Positions 59,310 through 64,000 of a stretch of DNA of 64,000 bases are shown here, piece after piece. The position numbers were made by a program, and so were the translations under genes. The DNA is from Phyllosticta citribraziliensis (taxonomy: Eukaryota). The stretch is from positions 1,178,001 through 1,242,000 of the forward strand of contig NW_027117339.1 in assembly GCF_038025025.1 (NCBI RefSeq). The letters are read 5' to 3'. How positions within the stretch are numbered: position 1 is the first letter of the stretch; each line of letters starts with the position of its first letter. The notes below the pieces were generated by a model. The model did not search any database, had not been told where the DNA came from, and saw nothing but the letters and a program-made list of their open reading frames with translations.

Positions 59310-62300
59310 ATGAACACAATTGATACGAAGGCATTCAATCACGCCGGTAAGCCAAAGCCTTCAAATTGTTCTCTGTCGGAGGTTGCCAAAAGCTAACATG
59401 TCGTCTGATTAACAGCGAAAACCATACGGTCAGCCAACATCGACCTTGCACAAGGTCGCGTGTGGGATGCTTATGAGGGCTACACTGAAGTCCTGGAGTC
59501 GGAAACTCCAGGCCACCCTTATGCCTTTCTCAATCGCGCTCTTTGTCTGATCATACTCGGCCATCCGGCTCTTGCTACATTTGATTGCTGGCGCGCCATC
59601 GCGGGCGGCAAATGGGCAGAGTGCAATGTCAAAGACCACCTTGGACTTTGCATCCGGACGTACGTGACCATGTACATGAAAGCGAAGAACGATGGAGAAA
59701 CATGGACAACCGGATGCGCCAATGGAGAGGTTCTCAAGGCAGAGGGTCGCTGGTTGGCACATCCGCTTGCCAGTTTTGCGGTGCGTACAGCACCAAAGCT
59801 GAAGCCTCAGATGACCGATTTTCCCCACGCGAGATATGTCATTCTCTGCGGCTACTACCGACTGGCCTACGCCTTGTTCAAGTGCGGTGGCGGTGCCCTG
59901 CAAAGTGCCCTCAACATGATCAACCTGGCGACCGAAAGTCACTGCCAGACAGACGTGCAGCGGGTCTGGTTCCTCCCTCTGCAAAACCACATCCTCGAGC
60001 ATATTCAGGGGATTTTCAAGGAGGAAGATGGATACATGCTGGAGCTTCACAACAAGGGTCTCATCGAACTCCCCCGCGACAGGCCGATGATGGAGGATAA
60101 TCTCATGCGCGGCCTGATGAAGTCGACTTTCACAACGATCCCCCGCGAGCAGTATCCCTGGGATTCTCTCAGCGTCACGACAGCAAATTTTGACGAGCTT
60201 CGTCCCGAACTGCAGGAATTTTTGGAAAAGCGCAACCATAACGTTCGCCTTGACGCCATTCGCTGCTCAGACAATCACCCGGTCATCAAGAACAAGGTTC
60301 CGCGACTGTACTTGAAGGCCTGTCGACCTGAGGGCGACAAGTCTCCAGTTGCGATTGTCGATGAGGAAGGAATCTTCGTTTGGTCAAGGAAGAACGGCGT
60401 TGATGTCTCGTGCGAAGGTTGCGGCGCCCTGCTGCAAGTCAATGACGATTGGCTTCCCCCTCCCGATGCACGCCAGAAATACTCCAGCCTTGGTACAGAG
60501 TCGGATATCTTCTCTGACAGACAGACGCCGGACGGAATTCCTGTTCCTCACGACCGCATGCCTTTGGTCGAAGCCGAGGAGACTCTTGGTAGTGCCATGT
60601 CTCCACCCCCAAAGCCTCTGACTGGCAGATACTATGCCAATCTGAATGCTGAAAGTTCTCGAGCCCCTCGGCCTGAAGGTCTCCCAAGCAATTCGGTGTC
60701 GGGATCGGACAAGCAAGATGAGGTGATGCTGGACACTCCCAAATCCCCACCGGAAGAGTATGTCACTCCTGAGCCTGGTCGTGCAGCGTTCGAGGAGAGG
60801 CGTCCTTCCCTGGAGTCTTTTGGTCTTCCCGAAGCCGGCGGGGATGTGTCTCAAGGCTTGCAAGAAGACAGAAAGGACAGTCTCTATCCCAACGTTGATG
60901 ATGCACCACCCGACTGCCCACCTTCGCCGCGTGCGGCTCCTCTGGAGGTGTCGTTTCCCCCTCTGCAGCCGTCTCCCGCTCTCCTACCACAGGTTGAAGG
61001 ATCGGAAGAGCCCGATGACCTAACGGACCTCTCGATCCGAAAGTTGCGTGAAAAGATGAAAAACTCTGGAGAAGAAGCGGAATTTGACTTGCGCACTTGC
61101 CTGGGCCAGAATTGCTATGTGTTTTTCTGCTCCAAGGAGTGCGAAGTCAGACACTCTGCTGCCCATGATACGATCTGCGACCATAGCCTGGAAGAACCGT
61201 TCCTAACGATTCACGCAGAGCAATCCACCAAGATTGGAGGGTGGTGGGGCGGCATGGTCCCGACAATTCCGAGGCAACGCGTCCTTTCTTATCTGATGAA
61301 AAAGGTCATGTCGACTTTGTGGTGGGAGACTGGCTGCGCGGCAGAGTTCGACAGCCAAGATGAAGAGGGAGGACAAGGAGCAGCATCTGATACAGGAGAG
61401 CCCAAAATCCCGCTCGAGATGCCCTGGGTCCGTCTGATGGATGGCAACCTTGATGAGCCGAACCCTATTCCAGATTACAATTCGGAGCATGGCGATATAG
61501 TCTTTGTCAACGACATTCCCGAAGGCGACATTCGATACCTCTTCCCCGGCTACATTAGTGGAACTGCCCGTCCGTCGGCGACTGATTTTGCTCAGTTCAA
61601 GTCCCACAAGCTCGTCTTTTCTCTTGATACGTCAGTCATTTGGCCGCTCCAGGTCCTCTTCGAGATGGGCCGGGAGGAGGCATTTTTCGACATCAGCTGC
61701 TGGGACGGCTGGATGCTGATGACTCTCGCGGCCAAGATCGAAGATTCAGCGCGCATCGACCGCTTTTGTCGCTTCTCCAAGTCCACCAACGCCAGGGGCA
61801 TGATTGGTAAGACCCGTTGTGTCGACATCCCGCACACAGTCCGCACCAACGGCTTGCAGCGACTCCAAAAGACCGATCCCGCCGAGGCTGCCCCGGGTAG
61901 CTTCACGGATTCCTACCTTGCAGAAGAGAATGAGCTCTTGATGGGCAGTCTTCACCCCCTGACCAGCCTGATTCGGAGTGCGAAAGAACTCGATCAGCCG
62001 TCAACAGTGCGCCTAGCCGAGCGCGCTGGCGATGTCTTCGTCTTCAACTGGCCCATCGATAGGCCTTTGGTACCAGGAAAGCCACTGTTGAAGGCTGACG
62101 ACGAAGTCTGGCCATTCAAGCTGCACAATGACGCGCTGGAGCACGACGAAAAAGCGGGCATTGGCGGCCGCTGGGCCAACGTTCGCTCTGAAGTTGTCGC
62201 GCGTTGGGTCCGCAGGGGCTACCAGGCCAGCAGAGAAGACGACATGGAACGGGAGGTCGCCGAGGACAGCGGCGTGATGATTGAAGAGCTGTTGGCTGGA

Positions 62301-63368
62301 TATCGCGTTGCGGCTCTGGGTCACCGCGGAGGTGCTGCTCGTCATCCTCCGGTTCCAGAGTCGTCGAGCGATGAGAACATGGATGGTCACAGCAGCCCCG
62401 TTGGAAGTGGACGTGATGTGCACATGGAGGTGGACAATGATGGTGTCGCCGCTGGCCTCCAGTTTCTTGGTGATGTCAACGGCGAGGATACATCCAATGG
62501 CAATGGCATGGTCAGCGGCTATGGAGTCAACGGAATTGGGGTCAACGGCAACGGCATGACCAACGGCTATGGAGTCAACGGCAATGGCATGGTCAACGGA
62601 AATGGCGTCGTCAACGGCAATGGTATCAACGGCAACGTCACATCCAACCACAACAGGGGCTTTACGGCCATCAATGCTAGAAGAGCCACTCCTACGCCAG
62701 CCGAACCTTCTTCTGAAGCATCCTCTGGCGCTCGCTCGCCCCCATCGGAGGGCAGCTATTGGTCTACTGACGAAGGCGAACAGTTCGTTCGCGACGAAAG
62801 CGACCTCGCATTCGCCAACGGTCGCTTGTGGGCCCACTTGCTTGCGGAGACTGAAAATCAAAAGCGAGGGGAAAAGTCCGAGTCCGAGTCTGAGCAAGAG
62901 GAGGAGATACCGTCCGAGCCCGAGTTCGAGCAAGAGGACGATGAGGAATCCGGGTACGAGGGCGAGGAAGAGTCCGAGAAAGAGTCCGAGCAAGAGGCAA
63001 AGGACGAGCATGAACGGAACGAGCATCAGGATGGTCATCAGGACGGTGGGTCCAAAGGGGGCGAGAAGGAGGACGAGGAAGAAGTGAAGAATCGCTATCG
63101 ACGCGACGACGAGGGTGACAGCGATAGTGACGAAGACGAGGAGCAGCCGTTGCTGAAGCGCTCAGGCAAGGGAGAGGACGGTGAGGATGGAGACGAGGAA
63201 AATAAACAGGGTGATGGTGAGGAGGGCGAGCGTGGCGAGACGAACAGGACCCCTATTGGCGGTGTTGTCGTCCGCACACCTCCCCCTCCGCCTCAGCAGG
63301 TTTCGGAAGACTCCTCATCTGATGAGTTGGATCTGAGCAAGCTGACCATGTATGAGTTGGGTCATTGA
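59310..63368 (+). CDS. TPR-like plus split MYND zinc finger / degenerate SET-like protein with acidic tail; intron 59347-59415
   Basis: Helical N-terminus (FLNRALCLIILGHPALATFDCWRA), REQYPW, CEGC ... CLGQNCYVFFCSKEC...HDTIC Zn ligands, an NG-rich repeat and an E/D-rich C-terminus. The first exon ATG..GCCG|GTAAG is in frame. Confidence 0.75.
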
Positions 63369-64000
63369 GGAGGTATCCTGGATTGTGGAGTGGCTCGACG
63401 GATGTTGTCCAGAAAGGGGAAAGGCATGAACGGAGCGGCAGCAGCGCAACTTGCGTACCGCATCATCTTGCTAACGGTCATTCCGGATACGGTTGAAATT
63501 GGGGGCGGTCGCGTGGGACGCCGATTTCTTTCGCTTCTTCTCCTTCTCTTTCTTTTCTCGACTGCTCTATTCGTTCGGGCTAGATCAGTCGGTCGGTTAG
63601 TTAGTTACTGGTTTGCCTTGAGCTGCATAACTACTCATCTCGGGTAGTCAGTTGGTCAGAAGGGGGCTAGCCAGTCAAGTCTGTAGCAAATCAAATGGAA
63701 AATCGGCCTCTCTTCTTACCTCTCTTGTTTGCCTTACCTCGGTCACTGTCTTCTTTTCACCTCGCTTGCTTGCTTGCTTGCTTGTTTTTGTTTTGGCATT
63801 TGGTAAACCGGGCTTCAGGAAGAGTAGTGTGCAGGTGTCGAAGAAGAAAGATGGTGGTGTGGATTTTGCCTACTTTGAAGATAATGGCTGGATCAAATTA
63901 CCCAAGACTGGTCCAGCAAGTCACGCTAATCACATTGTGAACTTTCAAGAATCGGAATCCGGGGTCCGACCAAAGGGTTATTCTTCTGTACGGGCATAGT

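Noticed and set aside
63640..63720. tRNA-like D-arm (TAGTCAGTTGGTCAGA)
   Set aside because: No T-arm GTTCRA or acceptor stem was found.

Overview
Eukaryotic genomic DNA from a filamentous ascomycete (Pezizomycotina; inferred from short 48-73 nt spliceosomal introns with CTRAY/CTCAC branch points, a dispersed 5S gene and fungal-type proteins). In order, the window encodes an F-box-like protein, a GPI-anchored Kre9/Knh1-domain protein, two single-pass membrane microproteins, a low-confidence hypothetical ORF, a Na+/Ca2+ exchanger, the condensin kleisin (Brn1/Cnd2), eIF3b (Prt1), Mnd1, a predicted myristoylated disordered protein, a Tps3/Tsl1-type trehalose synthase regulatory subunit, a 2472-aa protein with an AT-hook and an MBD4-like glycosylase domain, a 5S rRNA, Thoc5, an IZH/PAQR receptor and a divergent TPR-MYND/SET-like protein. 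Exon/intron structures were rebuilt by eye. The most striking unexplained feature is a regularly interspaced six-copy repeat-spacer array (GGAGCATTCGCGCG, period 33-43 nt). It fills an unusually long 270-nt first intron of the trehalose regulatory gene, behind a 23-nt first exon that the ORF track misses. Other notable signals are a probable GC-AG intron directly after the MND1 start codon, a SET-like domain that lacks the catalytic motif, and a box C/D-like structured element. No database searches or folding programs were run, so all family assignments come from recognised motifs.
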